64,000 bases of DNA, taken from NCBI GenBank assembly GCA_903842345.1, contig CAIMLR010000042.1:21744-85743 (forward strand), written 5' to 3'. Shown here in pieces: positions 17,766 through 28,961 of this stretch (positions within the stretch are counted from its first letter, which is position 1; every line of letters begins with the position of its first letter). A program made the translations under genes and the position numbers. The notes under the pieces are model-generated. The model saw only the letters and a program-made list of their open reading frames with translations, was not told where the DNA came from and made no database searches. Source of the DNA: an uncultured Myxococcales bacterium. Lineage in GTDB: Bacteria > Myxococcota_A > UBA9042.

Positions 17766-20700
17766 GTGCAGCCGTCCACTCCCGTCATCTCGCTCCGCGG
17801 CATTCGCCAGAACAACCTGCGCGGCTTCGATCTCGACCTGCCGCTTGGACAGTTGATCGTCATCACCGGCGTTTCCGGGTCGGGCAAGTCCTCGCTGGCA
17901 TTTGACACGCTGTATGCCGAGGGTCAGCGCCGGTACGTCGAATGTCTTTCGTCTTACGCCCGCCAGTTCATCGAGCGCATGGATCGCCCGCAGGTCGATG
18001 AAATCAGGGGCATCCTGCCATCCGTCGCGCTGCGCCAGGGCCGAACGATCCGCGCCGCGCGGGCCACGGTCGCCACGCTGACGGAGCTCGGCGAGCACTT
18101 TCGGATGCTGTTCGCCCACGGTTCGACGCCCGAGTGTCCCAAGTGCGGCGCGGCGGTGCAGCGGACTTCGCTCGGCGTGCTGGCCGATGCGCTGCTGGCT
18201 CACGCCGCGGGCCGCAAGGCCGCGATCACCTTTGAACTGCCTGTTCTCTCGACCCTTTCCGCCCAGACGGCCCTGCTCGGCTTGGCCGCCGCGGGCTACA
18301 CGCGGGCGTTCGAGGCGGGGCGCGCCCAACCATTGGTGGACCTCCTGACCGATGATCGCGTCGGCGTGCCGGTCCACGTGCTGCAGGACCGCCTGGTCGT
18401 GGATGCCGCGGAGCGCTCGCGGCTGTTTGATTCGCTGGAGCAGGCGATGCGCCGCGGGTCCGGCGCGGTGTCGATCTGGCTGGACGGCGAAGCTTTTGAG
18501 ATGAACGCGTTTGCCCGGATCGGCGCCTCCGCCGGGTTCTGGCAATTCCGCGCGACCGGCAGCTTGCGTTGCGCGACGTGCGCCACGGAGATCGAGCCGC
18601 CGTCGCCGCACCTCTTCAGCTTCAACTCGGCGGTGGGCGCATGCCCGGCGTGCAACGGTTTTGGCCGTTTGGCGGATCTCGACCTCGACCGCGTTGTGCC
18701 AGACGGCCGCAAGACGCTGAAGCAAGGCGCCATCAAGCCGTGGTCCACGGAATCGACGACGGATGAACGCCGCGATCTCGCGCGTTTCTGCGAGCGCATG
18801 GTCATCCCGATGGACGTCCCGTGGATTGCGCTCACGGCGGAACAGCGCGCGGCCATCGTCGCTGGCGAGAAAGGCAGCGTCCGCGCGGGCAAGTTCTACG
18901 GCATCCGCGGCTGGTTCAAGTGGCAGGAGAGCCGGACGTACAAGATGCACGTCCGCGTGCTGCTGGCGCGCTATCGCGCCTACGTGCCGTGCCCCATGTG
19001 CGAGGGCACGCGGCTGCGTGCGGAGGCGCGCGCGTGGAAATTGCAGGGCTGGAGCCTGCCGGAGTGGCTTGCCGCGACGCTGCGCGACGTGCAAGACCGA
19101 CTGCGGACGCTGCAGTTGGCGGAGATGGCCCAGGCCGCGCTGGAGCAGCCGCTGCGGGAAGTGCGCCAGCGAATCGAGTTCCTGGACGAGGTCGGCCTGC
19201 ACTACCTCTCGCTCGACCGGGCCGCGCGCACGCTGTCCGGCGGTGAACTGCAGCGCGTGCAGCTCGTCGCCGCGCTCGCGACTGGCATGAGCCAGGTGCT
19301 GTACGTGCTGGACGAGCCGTCCGTCGGCCTGCATCCGCGCGACAATGACCGGTTGCTGCGGATCCTCGAGCGGATGCGCACGGCGGGCAATACGGTCGTT
19401 GTTGTGGAACACGATCCGGCGCTGATGCTCGCGGCGGACACGATCATCGATCTCGGTCCGGGCGCGGGTTCCGAGGGCGGCGCACTGCAGTACTTTGGCC
19501 CGGCGACGGGGCTGGCGGCGGCGAAGGCTTGCCTGACGGCGGACTACCTGACCGGTCGGCGACAGGTGGATGTGGGCGACGAAGCGCCTTCCCTCCAGCA
19601 GTCCAAGCGCAAAGCTGCGATTCGCCAGCAAAAGTGGCTGACGATCCGCGAGCCGACGGCGCGCAACCTGCGCGGTCAGGATGTCCGCCTGCTGCAAGGC
19701 GCGCTGAACGCGGTGTGCGGCGTGTCCGGCTCGGGCAAGTCGACGCTGATTGAGGAAGTGCTGTACCGGCAGTTGCTGCGCCAGCGCGGCGAGTCGGTCG
19801 ACGAACCGGGCGCGTGCGCGGGCATCGACTGCGATCTGCCGATCGGCGAAGTCGTGCTCGTCGATCAGGAAATGCCGGCTGCCGCGAGCCGCGCCAATTG
19901 CGCGACCTACCTGAAAGTGTGGGACGCAATCCGCAGCCGGCTGGCCGAGGAACCGCTGGCTGTCGCACGCGGCTACACGCCCGCGACGTTCAGCTTCAAC
20001 CGCGAAGGCGGGCGATGCGCGGTGTGCGAAGGCCTCGGCTTCGAGACCGTCGACATGCAGTTTCTGAGCGACGTGCACATGACCTGCGAGGCTTGCGAAG
20101 GCCAGCGCTTTCGCACGGACGTCCTGCAAGTCCGCCACCGCGGCAAGAGCGCCGCAGACTTCCTGAACATGACGGCCGCCGAGGTCGCTCAGGAATTCGC
20201 CTTTGACGCGACGCTGGCCAATCCGATGCGGGCGCTGACGGAGCTCGGTTTGGGCTACCTGCGCTTGGGCCAACCGCTGTCCACGCTGTCCGGCGGCGAG
20301 TCGCAGCGCGTCAAGATCGCGTGGCATCTGCTGCAGGCGCGGACCAAGAATGCGCTGTTCCTGCTGGATGAGCCGTCGACCGGTCTGCACTTGCACGACG
20401 TGGCGATCCTGCTGAAGAACCTGCGGGCGCTGACGGCGGCGGGCAACACGGTCGTGCTCGTCGAGCATCACCTGGATCTGATCGCCGCCGCGGACCACGT
20501 CGTGGAATTGGGACCCGATGGCGGGCCGGCGGGCGGTCACGTGCTGTATCAGGGTGATGCGGAGGGGCTGGCGGAGCACGACACGCCGACGGCCGCACAC
20601 CTGCGGCGGCACAAGCTGGGCGCGCACTACCAGCGCGCGGCGGGGCTGGGCCTCGACACGGCGGAGTCGCTGCTGCTCGACGTCCAGCGCGACCCGGGCC

Positions 20701-23279
20701 ACGTCGCGGTGCGCGGTGCGCGCGTCCACAACCTGCGCAACATCTCGCTCGACGTGCCGCGCGACCGCTTTACGGTCGTCACGGGACTTTCGGGTTCGGG
20801 CAAATCCAGCCTCGCGTTCGACGTTGTGTTCGCGGAAGGTCAGCGGCGTTTTCTCGATTGCCTTTCGCCCTACGCGCGCCAGTATTTGCCGCCGGCGAGC
20901 CGCCCCGACGTCGAGAGCCTCGCGGGACTGCCGCCGACCGTCGCGATCGCCCAGCGCACGACGCGCGGCGGCACGCGGTCGACGGTCGCGACCCTCACGG
21001 ACATTTACCCGTACCTGCGCCTGCTCTACGCCCGCTGCGGCACGCAGCTTTGCCCCAAGTGCGGCGGCGCGGTTTCCGGCCAGACGGCGACGGACGTGGC
21101 CGACGCAATCACGGAGCGCTTTGGTCAGGCGCCGGTCTACGTGATGGCGCCGGCCGTGCGCGGCCGCAAGGGCCACCACCAAGGCATCGTCGATCGCGCG
21201 ATCGGGTTCAGTCACGCCTGGCTGCACGTCGACGGCGCGCTGGTGCCCATCGAGGCCGTGCCGCCGCTGCGGCGCTTCGTCGTGCATGACATCGATTTCG
21301 TCGTCGCGCGCATTCCCGGCGACGTGCCCAACCGCGCGGCGCGGATTGCCGAAGCCGTGGACATCGCGCTGGGTCTGGGTGACGGAACGGTGATGGCGCG
21401 AACGTCGGAGACGGCCGCCGTGCCGTGGTCGCTCCGGCGGCACTGTGGCCGCTGCGATATCTCCGTGGAGGCGCCGGATCCGCGGCTGTTCACGTTCACG
21501 TCGGCCGCGGGCTGGTGCAAGTCGTGCCAAGGGACCGGCATCGAGCCCGCGGTGGTCGCGGACAAGCCCAAGAAGCGCAAGAAAACCAAGGAAGACGGCA
21601 AGTCCACGGCCGATCTGGCAAAGTCCGGCCTGCCCGATGGCGGCGAGAAGTTGGACGAAGATGCCGTGCGGTTGGTGGAGGCCTGTCACGCGTGCCAAGG
21701 GAGCCGCTTGCGGCCGGAAGCGCGCTCCGTGCTTGTCGCGGGCCAGACAATCGACGTGGCCGTGCGCCAGGGCCCGGCAAAGCTGCAAACGTGGCTGGAG
21801 GCGGTGCGCTGGAACCGCCGTGATGCCCAGGTCGCCGATCCCATCGTCGCGGAAGTGGCCGCCCGCTGTGCGTTCCTGCAGCGCGTGGGCCTCGATTACC
21901 TGGCGCTCGGCCGCGCGGCGACGACCCTGTCCGGCGGCGAGAGCCAGCGCATTCGACTCGCGGCGCAATTGAGCTCCAACCTGCGCGGCGTGCTGTACGT
22001 GCTCGATGAGCCGACGATCGGCCTGCATCCCGCCGACAACGCCAAGGTCCTCGATGCGCTCGATGGCCTTGTGACGCGCGGCAACGGCTTGCTTGTCGTG
22101 GAACACGATGAGGAGACGATTCGGCGCGCGGACCACATCATTGAGCTCGGGCCGGGTGGCGGCAATACCGGCGGGCAGTTGGTGTTCCAGGGCACGCTGG
22201 CGGAATTGCTGGTGGCCAAGGACTCGCCCACGGGTCAGGCTTTGCGCGATCCGCACACGCGGCGCGTGCGCAAGGAGCCGCGTCCGGCCGCGGAGCACTT
22301 CATCACGGTGCGGGGCGCGCGCCACAACAACCTGCAAAACGTGACGGCAAAGTTCGCCCGCGGTCGCTTCAATGCAGTGACGGGCGTGTCAGGCTCCGGC
22401 AAGTCGACGCTGGTGCGGGATCTGCTGGTGCCGGTGGGCAACGCGATGCTGCAGGAGCAGGCGTTCGTCGCGGATCTGGACGGCATCGATGGCCTGACCG
22501 GCTTTGGCCGCATCGTGGAGGTGGACCAGAGCCCGATTGGCCGCACGCCGCGCAGCTGTCCGGCGACCTACATGGCGATTTTCGACGACCTCCGCGCGCT
22601 CTTCGCCAACCTGCCTGACGCCAAGGTGCGCGGACTGACCGCCAACAAGTTCAGCTTCAACACGGCGGGCGGGCGCTGCGAGACGTGCCTCGGCGCGGGC
22701 CAGGTGCGCGTGGAAATGAGCTTCCTGCCGACGGTCTTTGTGCCGTGCGAGGCGTGCCAGGGCCGGCGCTATCAGGAGCCGGTGCTGGCCGTGCGGCACA
22801 AGGGCGCGTCCATGGCCGACGTGCTGGCGATGTCGATGGCGGAAGCGGCCAACCACTTCGCCGCAGTGCGGGCGGTCGCGGCGCCGCTGGAGCTGGCGGT
22901 GCAGCTGGGCCTCGGCTACCTGACGCTGGGCCAGGGGAGCCACACGCTGTCAGGTGGCGAGGCGCAGCGCTTGAAGCTCATCCTCGAGCTGGCCAAGAAG
23001 CGGCGGACGGAGACGCTGTATGTGCTCGACGAGCCGTCGACGGGTCTGCACCTGGAGGACGTGCGCAAGCTGCTGGGCGTGCTGCACGCGCTGGTCGACC
23101 GCGGCGACACGCTTGTTGTCATCGAGCATCAGCTGGATATCGTGAAGGAGGCCGATTGGCTCGTCGATCTGGGCCCGGGTGCGGGCGAGAGCGGCGGTCA
23201 GCTGACGTGGCAGGGCGGTGTGCGGGAGCTCGTGAAGTCCAAGCTCAAGACGCCGACCGCGGTGGCACTGCGGGTCTAG
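17766..23279 (+). CDS. uvrA: Double-length excinuclease ABC subunit A (about 1837 aa)
   Basis: Four Walker A (G[VL]SGSGKS), four LSGGE signatures, four LDEP(S/T)xGLH and CxxC Zn fingers. GTG 17766 start. Confidence 0.93.
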   Translation: MQPSTPVISLRGIRQNNLRGFDLDLPLGQLIVITGVSGSGKSSLAFDTLYAEGQRRYVECLSSYARQFIERMDRPQVDEIRGILPSVALRQGRTIRAARATVATLTELGEHFRMLFAHGSTPECPKCGAAVQRTSLGVLADALLAHAAGRKAAITFELPVLSTLSAQTALLGLAAAGYTRAFEAGRAQPLVDLLTDDRVGVPVHVLQDRLVVDAAERSRLFDSLEQAMRRGSGAVSIWLDGEAFEMNAFARIGASAGFWQFRATGSLRCATCATEIEPPSPHLFSFNSAVGACPACNGFGRLADLDLDRVVPDGRKTLKQGAIKPWSTESTTDERRDLARFCERMVIPMDVPWIALTAEQRAAIVAGEKGSVRAGKFYGIRGWFKWQESRTYKMHVRVLLARYRAYVPCPMCEGTRLRAEARAWKLQGWSLPEWLAATLRDVQDRLRTLQLAEMAQAALEQPLREVRQRIEFLDEVGLHYLSLDRAARTLSGGELQRVQLVAALATGMSQVLYVLDEPSVGLHPRDNDRLLRILERMRTAGNTVVVVEHDPALMLAADTIIDLGPGAGSEGGALQYFGPATGLAAAKACLTADYLTGRRQVDVGDEAPSLQQSKRKAAIRQQKWLTIREPTARNLRGQDVRLLQGALNAVCGVSGSGKSTLIEEVLYRQLLRQRGESVDEPGACAGIDCDLPIGEVVLVDQEMPAAASRANCATYLKVWDAIRSRLAEEPLAVARGYTPATFSFNREGGRCAVCEGLGFETVDMQFLSDVHMTCEACEGQRFRTDVLQVRHRGKSAADFLNMTAAEVAQEFAFDATLANPMRALTELGLGYLRLGQPLSTLSGGESQRVKIAWHLLQARTKNALFLLDEPSTGLHLHDVAILLKNLRALTAAGNTVVLVEHHLDLIAAADHVVELGPDGGPAGGHVLYQGDAEGLAEHDTPTAAHLRRHKLGAHYQRAAGLGLDTAESLLLDVQRDPGHVAVRGARVHNLRNISLDVPRDRFTVVTGLSGSGKSSLAFDVVFAEGQRRFLDCLSPYARQYLPPASRPDVESLAGLPPTVAIAQRTTRGGTRSTVATLTDIYPYLRLLYARCGTQLCPKCGGAVSGQTATDVADAITERFGQAPVYVMAPAVRGRKGHHQGIVDRAIGFSHAWLHVDGALVPIEAVPPLRRFVVHDIDFVVARIPGDVPNRAARIAEAVDIALGLGDGTVMARTSETAAVPWSLRRHCGRCDISVEAPDPRLFTFTSAAGWCKSCQGTGIEPAVVADKPKKRKKTKEDGKSTADLAKSGLPDGGEKLDEDAVRLVEACHACQGSRLRPEARSVLVAGQTIDVAVRQGPAKLQTWLEAVRWNRRDAQVADPIVAEVAARCAFLQRVGLDYLALGRAATTLSGGESQRIRLAAQLSSNLRGVLYVLDEPTIGLHPADNAKVLDALDGLVTRGNGLLVVEHDEETIRRADHIIELGPGGGNTGGQLVFQGTLAELLVAKDSPTGQALRDPHTRRVRKEPRPAAEHFITVRGARHNNLQNVTAKFARGRFNAVTGVSGSGKSTLVRDLLVPVGNAMLQEQAFVADLDGIDGLTGFGRIVEVDQSPIGRTPRSCPATYMAIFDDLRALFANLPDAKVRGLTANKFSFNTAGGRCETCLGAGQVRVEMSFLPTVFVPCEACQGRRYQEPVLAVRHKGASMADVLAMSMAEAANHFAAVRAVAAPLELAVQLGLGYLTLGQGSHTLSGGEAQRLKLILELAKKRRTETLYVLDEPSTGLHLEDVRKLLGVLHALVDRGDTLVVIEHQLDIVKEADWLVDLGPGAGESGGQLTWQGGVRELVKSKLKTPTAVALRV

Positions 23280-23295
23280 GCGCGCCTGACGGTCT

Positions 23296-24246
23296 CTAGT
23301 CGTGGGCGAGAAGCTGTGCCCACTTTTCGGGGTCGATCGCGCCTTCTTTGTCGTCCTTCGTGTTCTTGGCGGCGGTCGCCTTGATGCGCTCGGCGAGCAC
23401 GGTCTTGGCCGGCTGGCCCTTCTGCTCGTCGGCCTTCTCCACTTCGCGCTGGACCATGGACTTGAGCGCCATGTAGCTGCCCCAGCCAACCTGCCGCGTG
23501 CCGTTGACGAAGAAGCCAGGCGTGCCCGTGGCGCCCATCGTCTCGGCCCACTTGGATTCTTCCGCCAGACGCTCGGCGTTCTTCGGGTCGGCGACGTCCT
23601 TCTTCCACTGTTCCATGTTCAGACCCAGCTCCTTGGCCGTGTTCTCCAAGCTGGCGTCATCCAACGCGCCGGTCTCAAACAGCTTGTCGTGGTACTGCCA
23701 GAACTTGCCCTGCTTCTTGGCCGCCCACGCTGCCAGAGCGGCGGGCTTGGAACGACCGTGCATCTCCAGGGCGTTGTTGCGGAAGAAGACCTTGACCTTG
23801 CCCGGAAAATCCGCGGCGAGCTGCTTGATCGGATCGGCCGACCGCTTGCAGACCGGGCACTGGAAGTCGCTGTACACGTTGACCACGACCGCGGCGTCTT
23901 TGGCGCCGAGATACGGGCTGCTCATGTCCTTGGGCGACACGCCCAGCTTGGCCACATCCACGCCTTTGCCGGCGCCTTCATCGGTCTGGCTGTCCAGACT
24001 GCCCGAGGCCTTGGCCGCAGTGGGCGCAGGCGACGGACTGGGCGATGGCGCGACCGCAGCAGGTGCCGGGGTCGGCGCCGCGGACGCGGGCTCAGGTGCG
24101 GGCGTTGGCGCGGCAGCAGGCGCGGCTTCAGGCGCAGCGGCGGGCATCACGGGCCCGTGCGCTTGCGTCTTGGCATCCCAGCTACCCACGACAAAACCGC
24201 CCATCGCCACGACAACGGCAAGGGCCAGAACGTTGGATTTCTCCAT
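23296..24246 (-). CDS. DsbA-family thioredoxin-fold protein
   Basis: N-terminal TM, Pro/Ala linker, VYSDFQCPVC and GTPGFFVNG (cis-Pro motif). Confidence 0.88.
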   Translation of the reverse strand: MEKSNVLALAVVVAMGGFVVGSWDAKTQAHGPVMPAAAPEAAPAAAPTPAPEPASAAPTPAPAAVAPSPSPSPAPTAAKASGSLDSQTDEGAGKGVDVAKLGVSPKDMSSPYLGAKDAAVVVNVYSDFQCPVCKRSADPIKQLAADFPGKVKVFFRNNALEMHGRSKPAALAAWAAKKQGKFWQYHDKLFETGALDDASLENTAKELGLNMEQWKKDVADPKNAERLAEESKWAETMGATGTPGFFVNGTRQVGWGSYMALKSMVQREVEKADEQKGQPAKTVLAERIKATAAKNTKDDKEGAIDPEKWAQLLAHD

Positions 24247-24273
24247 GTGACTCACTCCTGAATAGACGAAAAA

Positions 24274-25167
24274 CTATTTGGCGACGGTGATGGACAGCGG
24301 CGTGACCGTGTACTGACCCTTGTAGTAGCTGACGATGCCCTGCACGTTCAGCTTCTGGCCCTTGGTGTAGTTGGCGGCGCCAGTCTTGTCCGTGACGTAG
24401 TTGCCAAAGCCGGACGAGACATTGATGGACTTGTCCGCGTCCGTCTTGCCGACGGCGATGTAGTGGATCTTGCCATCCGTGCCGAGCACGCCCGGGTCGG
24501 CCACGATGACGCCTTCCAGCGAAATCAGGACGCTCTCGTACGACTCGTTGGTCGCCGCGGGCTGTGAAGCGCCGATGCTGTCCACGTCAACCGTCACCGC
24601 GACGGGCAATTCAGTCGTGCCCTGCGGCGTGACGGCGATCGGCTTGACCTCAGTCACGCAGAACGCTTCCGAAACGTCGCCCGTGACCGTGATCACATCG
24701 CCGACCTTGAGGGTCGTGAGCGGGCCCGGCGAGGACGCGTAGAGTTCGACGCCCGACCACTGGCCGCCGCCCTTGGTCTGCACCCACACGGCGTCGGACG
24801 TCTTGCCGCTGGTCTTGGACGTGGACGTCTGGACCGGTGCGACAACGACGACCTGCGACAACGTGATGCCCTTGGCGCCGTCGACGAAGCCGGCTTCGTT
24901 GGTGCAGCCCGTGGAGCTGGGATCCTGCTGGATCTGCGAGATGGTGGTCGTGGTGCCGGCCGTCGTCGCGTCCGTGCCGCCGCCCGTCGTGGTGTCCTGA
25001 CCGCCGCTCGTCGCGTCCGTGCCCGCCGCCGCGCCGGTGTCCTGGCTGGTGGTCGTATCCGTCACCGCGCCGGTAGTGCCGCTGCCACTCGTCGTGTTCG
25101 CGCAGGCCGAAGCCATCACGCACAGACCCGCCATCGCCATTCCCTGCCACTTCATCACATTGCGCAT
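24274..25167 (-). CDS. Lipoprotein with tandem OB-fold-like domains
   Basis: Lipobox ASAC; Thr/Gly linker; VWVQ...GGGQWSGVELY...LKVGDVITVTG and a second similar unit. Confidence 0.72.
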   Translation of the reverse strand: MRNVMKWQGMAMAGLCVMASACANTTSGSGTTGAVTDTTTSQDTGAAAGTDATSGGQDTTTGGGTDATTAGTTTTISQIQQDPSSTGCTNEAGFVDGAKGITLSQVVVVAPVQTSTSKTSGKTSDAVWVQTKGGGQWSGVELYASSPGPLTTLKVGDVITVTGDVSEAFCVTEVKPIAVTPQGTTELPVAVTVDVDSIGASQPAATNESYESVLISLEGVIVADPGVLGTDGKIHYIAVGKTDADKSINVSSGFGNYVTDKTGAANYTKGQKLNVQGIVSYYKGQYTVTPLSITVAK

Positions 25168-25298
25168 TGCCTTACTCCGCGATCGAGGTGGCCCGAAGAT
25201 GGACCACGAAAGGTGGCATGCTACGGTTAGCCCACGACCAACGTCAACGTCAGACGTGACGATTGCATTCCACAGTCAGCGATTTTCGCCGCGTTGGA

Positions 25299-26588
25299 CT
25301 AGTTGGGCAGCAGGACTGAATCGGCCGACGCGCGCAGTTTCGCCACCGCGAGGTCGCAGTGTTCGCGTGTGACGATGAGCGGCGGCGTCAGGCGCAACAC
25401 GTTGGTCCCCGCCACGGACAGGAGCAGTCCGCGATCGCGCGCGGCATCCACGACTTTCTTGGGATCGCCGTCGATGGCCACGCCGCACATCAGCCCGCGA
25501 CCGCGCACGTCCAGCGTGTACGGCTGGCCATCAAAGGCCGCGTGCAGCGCCTGCAACAGGTACGCGCCCACTTCCGCGGTGTGCGCGACAAGACCATCGC
25601 GGGCAAAAATCGCCAGCACGGTACGGCCCGCGCGCATCGCCAGCGCGTTCGCGCCAAAGGTCGTCGCATGGCTACCCGCGACAAGCGCCATCGCCACGGG
25701 CTCGCGCGCAAGGACGGCGCCAACCGGAATGCCGCCGCCCAGCGCCTTGGCCAGCCAAATGATGTCCGGGACGATGCCTTCCTGCTCAAACGCAAAGAAC
25801 GTGCCCGTGCGGCCGAGGCCGGTCTGCACTTCATCGAGGCACAGCAGGATGCCGTGATCGTCGCACAACTGCCGCAGGCCCTTGAAGAAACCGGGAGGCG
25901 GCACGGCCACGCCGCCCTCGCCCTGCACCACCTCGATCATCACCGCGCCGACCGTGTCGTCGATGAGCGCCGCGATGCTCGCCAGATCGCCAAACTCGCC
26001 GTAACGGAAACCCGGCACCAGCGGCTCAAAGCCCTCCTGGTATTTCGGCTGCGCAGTCGCCGTCATCGCCGCGTAGGTGCGCCCGTGGAAGCTGCCGTGC
26101 ACCGTGATCACGCCCGGGCGCGGCTTGCCCAACACCTTGGCGTGGTAGCGACGCGCCATTTTGACGGTCGCTTCCGTGCCTTCTGCCCCAGAATTGCAGA
26201 AGAACGCCCGCGCCGCCTGGCCCGTGGCGCGCTGGAACTCCCGGCAAAGGTCCTCCGCGAGCGGCGCGGCGTGGGCGTTGTGCCAGTAGTTCGACTGGTG
26301 AATCAGCTTCTGCGTCTGATCCTGCAGCGCGGCGACGAGGTCGGGATGATTGTGGCCCAAGCCGTTCACGGCCACGCCGGCGGAGAAGTCCAGAAAGCGT
26401 TCGCCGTCCTGCGTGATGCCCCACGGACCGTCGCCGTCGACGAAGACGATCGGCGCATTCCGGTAGTTCGGCGTCAGATAGCGCTCCGCAAGCGCGGCGA
26501 TTTCCGCGGTGGAATGCGGCGCCAGCACGATGGCCTCCGGTTTGCCGCCCGTCTGCCCCTGCTTCTGCCCGTTCGTCCGTGTGTCCAT
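25299..26588 (-). CDS. argD: Acetylornithine aminotransferase (class III PLP)
   Basis: FLDFSAGVAVNGLGH, NSGAE, FHGRT, EVVQGEGG, DEVQTGLGRTG, AKALGGG and LRLTPPL. Confidence 0.92.
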   Translation of the reverse strand: MDTRTNGQKQGQTGGKPEAIVLAPHSTAEIAALAERYLTPNYRNAPIVFVDGDGPWGITQDGERFLDFSAGVAVNGLGHNHPDLVAALQDQTQKLIHQSNYWHNAHAAPLAEDLCREFQRATGQAARAFFCNSGAEGTEATVKMARRYHAKVLGKPRPGVITVHGSFHGRTYAAMTATAQPKYQEGFEPLVPGFRYGEFGDLASIAALIDDTVGAVMIEVVQGEGGVAVPPPGFFKGLRQLCDDHGILLCLDEVQTGLGRTGTFFAFEQEGIVPDIIWLAKALGGGIPVGAVLAREPVAMALVAGSHATTFGANALAMRAGRTVLAIFARDGLVAHTAEVGAYLLQALHAAFDGQPYTLDVRGRGLMCGVAIDGDPKKVVDAARDRGLLLSVAGTNVLRLTPPLIVTREHCDLAVAKLRASADSVLLPN

Positions 26589-26791
26589 TGCCTGCCTCAG
26601 CGGGTCGGTCTGCGCCCGCGCCACGGCCGATCACGATAGCCAAAGCGGCGCGGAAACGCGAGTTACGCATCGGTGCGCCCGCTCAACACTTTCTTGACCT
26701 GTTGGATGAGGCCGCCTAGCCTTGGCGATAACTGGCACAGTGTCGCATTTTGCGGCATTGCAGTTGGAAACGACCTTGGAGACCCTCCCGC

Positions 26792-27847
26792 ATGGCGGTC
26801 AAGAACGCAGTCGGCCTTGATATCGGCACCTCGTCGATCAAGGTTGCCCATGTCCAGGAGACCAAAAAAGGCGTCCAGCTGCTGGCGTTTGACACGATCA
26901 TGTTGCCGCCGGACACCATCCGCGACGGCCAGATCCTCAACGCGCCGCAACTGGTCCAGCGGATCCAGGAACTGTTCGCGCTCAACAAGATCAAGCACAA
27001 GCAGGTCGCCGTTTCGCTCTCCGGCCACTCCGTGATCATCAAGAAGATCTCGCTGCCAGAGATGACGCTCGCGGAGCTGGAAGACTCGATCCAGTGGGAA
27101 GCCGAGCAGTATATTCCTTTTGATATCAAAGACGTGAACGTCGACTTCCAGATCATCGATCCGCACGCCGGTCAGGCGCAGATGGACGTGCTGCTGGTGG
27201 CTGCCAAGAAAGCCGTGATCGAAGAGATGTGCGAAGTCGTGCGCGCCGCCAAGCTGGAGCCGGTGCTCGTGGATGTGGACGCTTTTGCGCTCTACAACGC
27301 GTTTGAGCTCAACTTTCCGATTCCGATGGACCAGACAGTCGCGCTCATCAACGTCGGCGCGTCGACGATCAACATCAACGTGGTGTCGGGCGGCATGACG
27401 TCCTTCACCCGCGACATCACGGTGGGCGGCAATCTGCTGACGGAAGAGATTTCCAAGCAATTCGCGGTGCCCTGGGAAGAAGCGGAGCACATGAAGACAA
27501 CGTCGGAAACGACGCTGTCCATGTCCGGCGTGCTGCGCGAAGTGCAGCGCATTTCGGGTCGCGTGTCAGAAGTGCTGATTGCTGAGATCCAGCGGTCGCT
27601 GGACTTCTTTGCCGCGACGGCGATCAACGCGGACATCAGCGCCGTGTATCTGTGTGGTGGCGCGGCGTTGCAGTCCGGGCTGATCGAAGGCATGGAGCGG
27701 CGCCTCGGCACGCACGTGCGCGCGCTCAACCCGTTCAACAACGTGGTGATCGACCCCAAGAAGTTCGATACCGCACTTCTGCAGCGCATGGCTCCTCTCG
27801 CCTCGGTGGCGATGGGGCTGGCCTTGCGTAAACCCGATGATCGGTAA
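26792..27847 (+). CDS. pilM: Type IV pilus assembly protein PilM
   Basis: VGLDIGTSSIK, QWEAEQYIPF, LINVGAS and LCGGAA; heads a pilMNOPQ operon. Confidence 0.95.
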   Translation: MAVKNAVGLDIGTSSIKVAHVQETKKGVQLLAFDTIMLPPDTIRDGQILNAPQLVQRIQELFALNKIKHKQVAVSLSGHSVIIKKISLPEMTLAELEDSIQWEAEQYIPFDIKDVNVDFQIIDPHAGQAQMDVLLVAAKKAVIEEMCEVVRAAKLEPVLVDVDAFALYNAFELNFPIPMDQTVALINVGASTININVVSGGMTSFTRDITVGGNLLTEEISKQFAVPWEEAEHMKTTSETTLSMSGVLREVQRISGRVSEVLIAEIQRSLDFFAATAINADISAVYLCGGAALQSGLIEGMERRLGTHVRALNPFNNVVIDPKKFDTALLQRMAPLASVAMGLALRKPDDR

Positions 27848-27862
27848 CGGAGAAGCGCAAGC

Positions 27863-28951
27863 GTGCTGCTGATGATCCGGATCAACCTGCTGGGCAGAGC
27901 CAAGGGCCAAAAGGGCGGTAAGCGCAGCTTTACCCTGCCGCGCATTCCCAACGTGGGTTTGCTGCTCGCGCTGTTGATCCTGGTGATTGAAGGCGCGGTT
28001 GCGTTCCAGTGGTCGCAGCAGGCAGCGGACACGGCGAACAAGCTGGAGAGCAAGGGTCGCAAGCTGCGGGAAGAGGTCGACGACTTCGCGAAGGTCAAGA
28101 CGGAAGCCGACGAGCTCAAGCACAAGCTGGAAGAAAGCGGCAAAGAGAAGCTGATCTTTGACGAGCTGATCGCGGAGAAGATCGGCCCCGCCAACGCCTT
28201 GACGTACCTGTCCTTCATGCTCGCGCCGCGCAAGGAAGCCGAAGTCCCGGGCGATGAATTGAAGCAGATGGAGTTGGCAGGCTGGCGCGTCAATTGGCCG
28301 GGCGAGAAAGCGCGGGCGTGGCTGACGTCGATCAAGGAGCGCGATGGCGAAGTGACGCTTGTCGGCGGCGCGGTGGATCACGGCGACGTGGCGGAGGTCG
28401 CGCGGCGTCTGGAGGCGAGCGCGCATTTCCGCGAGATGAAGCTCGTGTCGCAAGAGCGCAAGGTCGACAACCAGTTGGGCGTCACCTACATCGAATTTAC
28501 GATTCGCGGCGCGATGATCTATCTGGTCGATCCGTACAAACCCGCTGGCGCGGAAGGCGAACCGCCGCCGCAAGCTGCAGATGCGGATGCCGACGCGACT
28601 TCTGGCGATGGCAGCGCTGCTGGCGATGCTGAAGATGGCGTAACGGTCCTGAAATCCGCGTTGCTCCCGCCCGCCGATGCCGCCAATGGCGAAGTGGACG
28701 CCGGCCCGACGGACGTCGATGCGCAGGCACCTGAGACGAAAGAAGAGAGGGACGCCGGCCCGCCGCCCATCGTGCCCAAGCCCGCAGCGCCAGCCGCCGC
28801 GGCCGAACCGGAGCGCAAGCCCGCCACCGCCCCGCTTTTGCAGGAAGCCGTAGAACCGCCGCCCGCCGATCGCGCCGCCGACCCGGGTGATCCGGGCGCA
28901 GCACCCGCACCCTCAGCCCCGTCCGCCCCCGCTGGCGGCGAAAACCCATAA
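27863..28951 (+). CDS. pilN: Type IV pilus assembly protein PilN with a long Pro/Ala/acidic tail
   Basis: IRINLL PilM-binding motif, TM, coiled coil and PilN core. Confidence 0.88.
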   Translation: MLLMIRINLLGRAKGQKGGKRSFTLPRIPNVGLLLALLILVIEGAVAFQWSQQAADTANKLESKGRKLREEVDDFAKVKTEADELKHKLEESGKEKLIFDELIAEKIGPANALTYLSFMLAPRKEAEVPGDELKQMELAGWRVNWPGEKARAWLTSIKERDGEVTLVGGAVDHGDVAEVARRLEASAHFREMKLVSQERKVDNQLGVTYIEFTIRGAMIYLVDPYKPAGAEGEPPPQAADADADATSGDGSAAGDAEDGVTVLKSALLPPADAANGEVDAGPTDVDAQAPETKEERDAGPPPIVPKPAAPAAAAEPERKPATAPLLQEAVEPPPADRAADPGDPGAAPAPSAPSAPAGGENP

Positions 28952-28961
28952 GGAGCAGCGC

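Noticed and set aside
17754-22337. 1527-aa minus-strand ORF opposite uvrA
   Set aside because: Antisense shadow from high-GC codon bias; Arg/Ala-rich with no motifs.
26731-26750. Sigma54-like TGGCACAGTGTCGCA upstream of pilM
   Set aside because: GG-to-GC spacing is 9 nt rather than the required 10.
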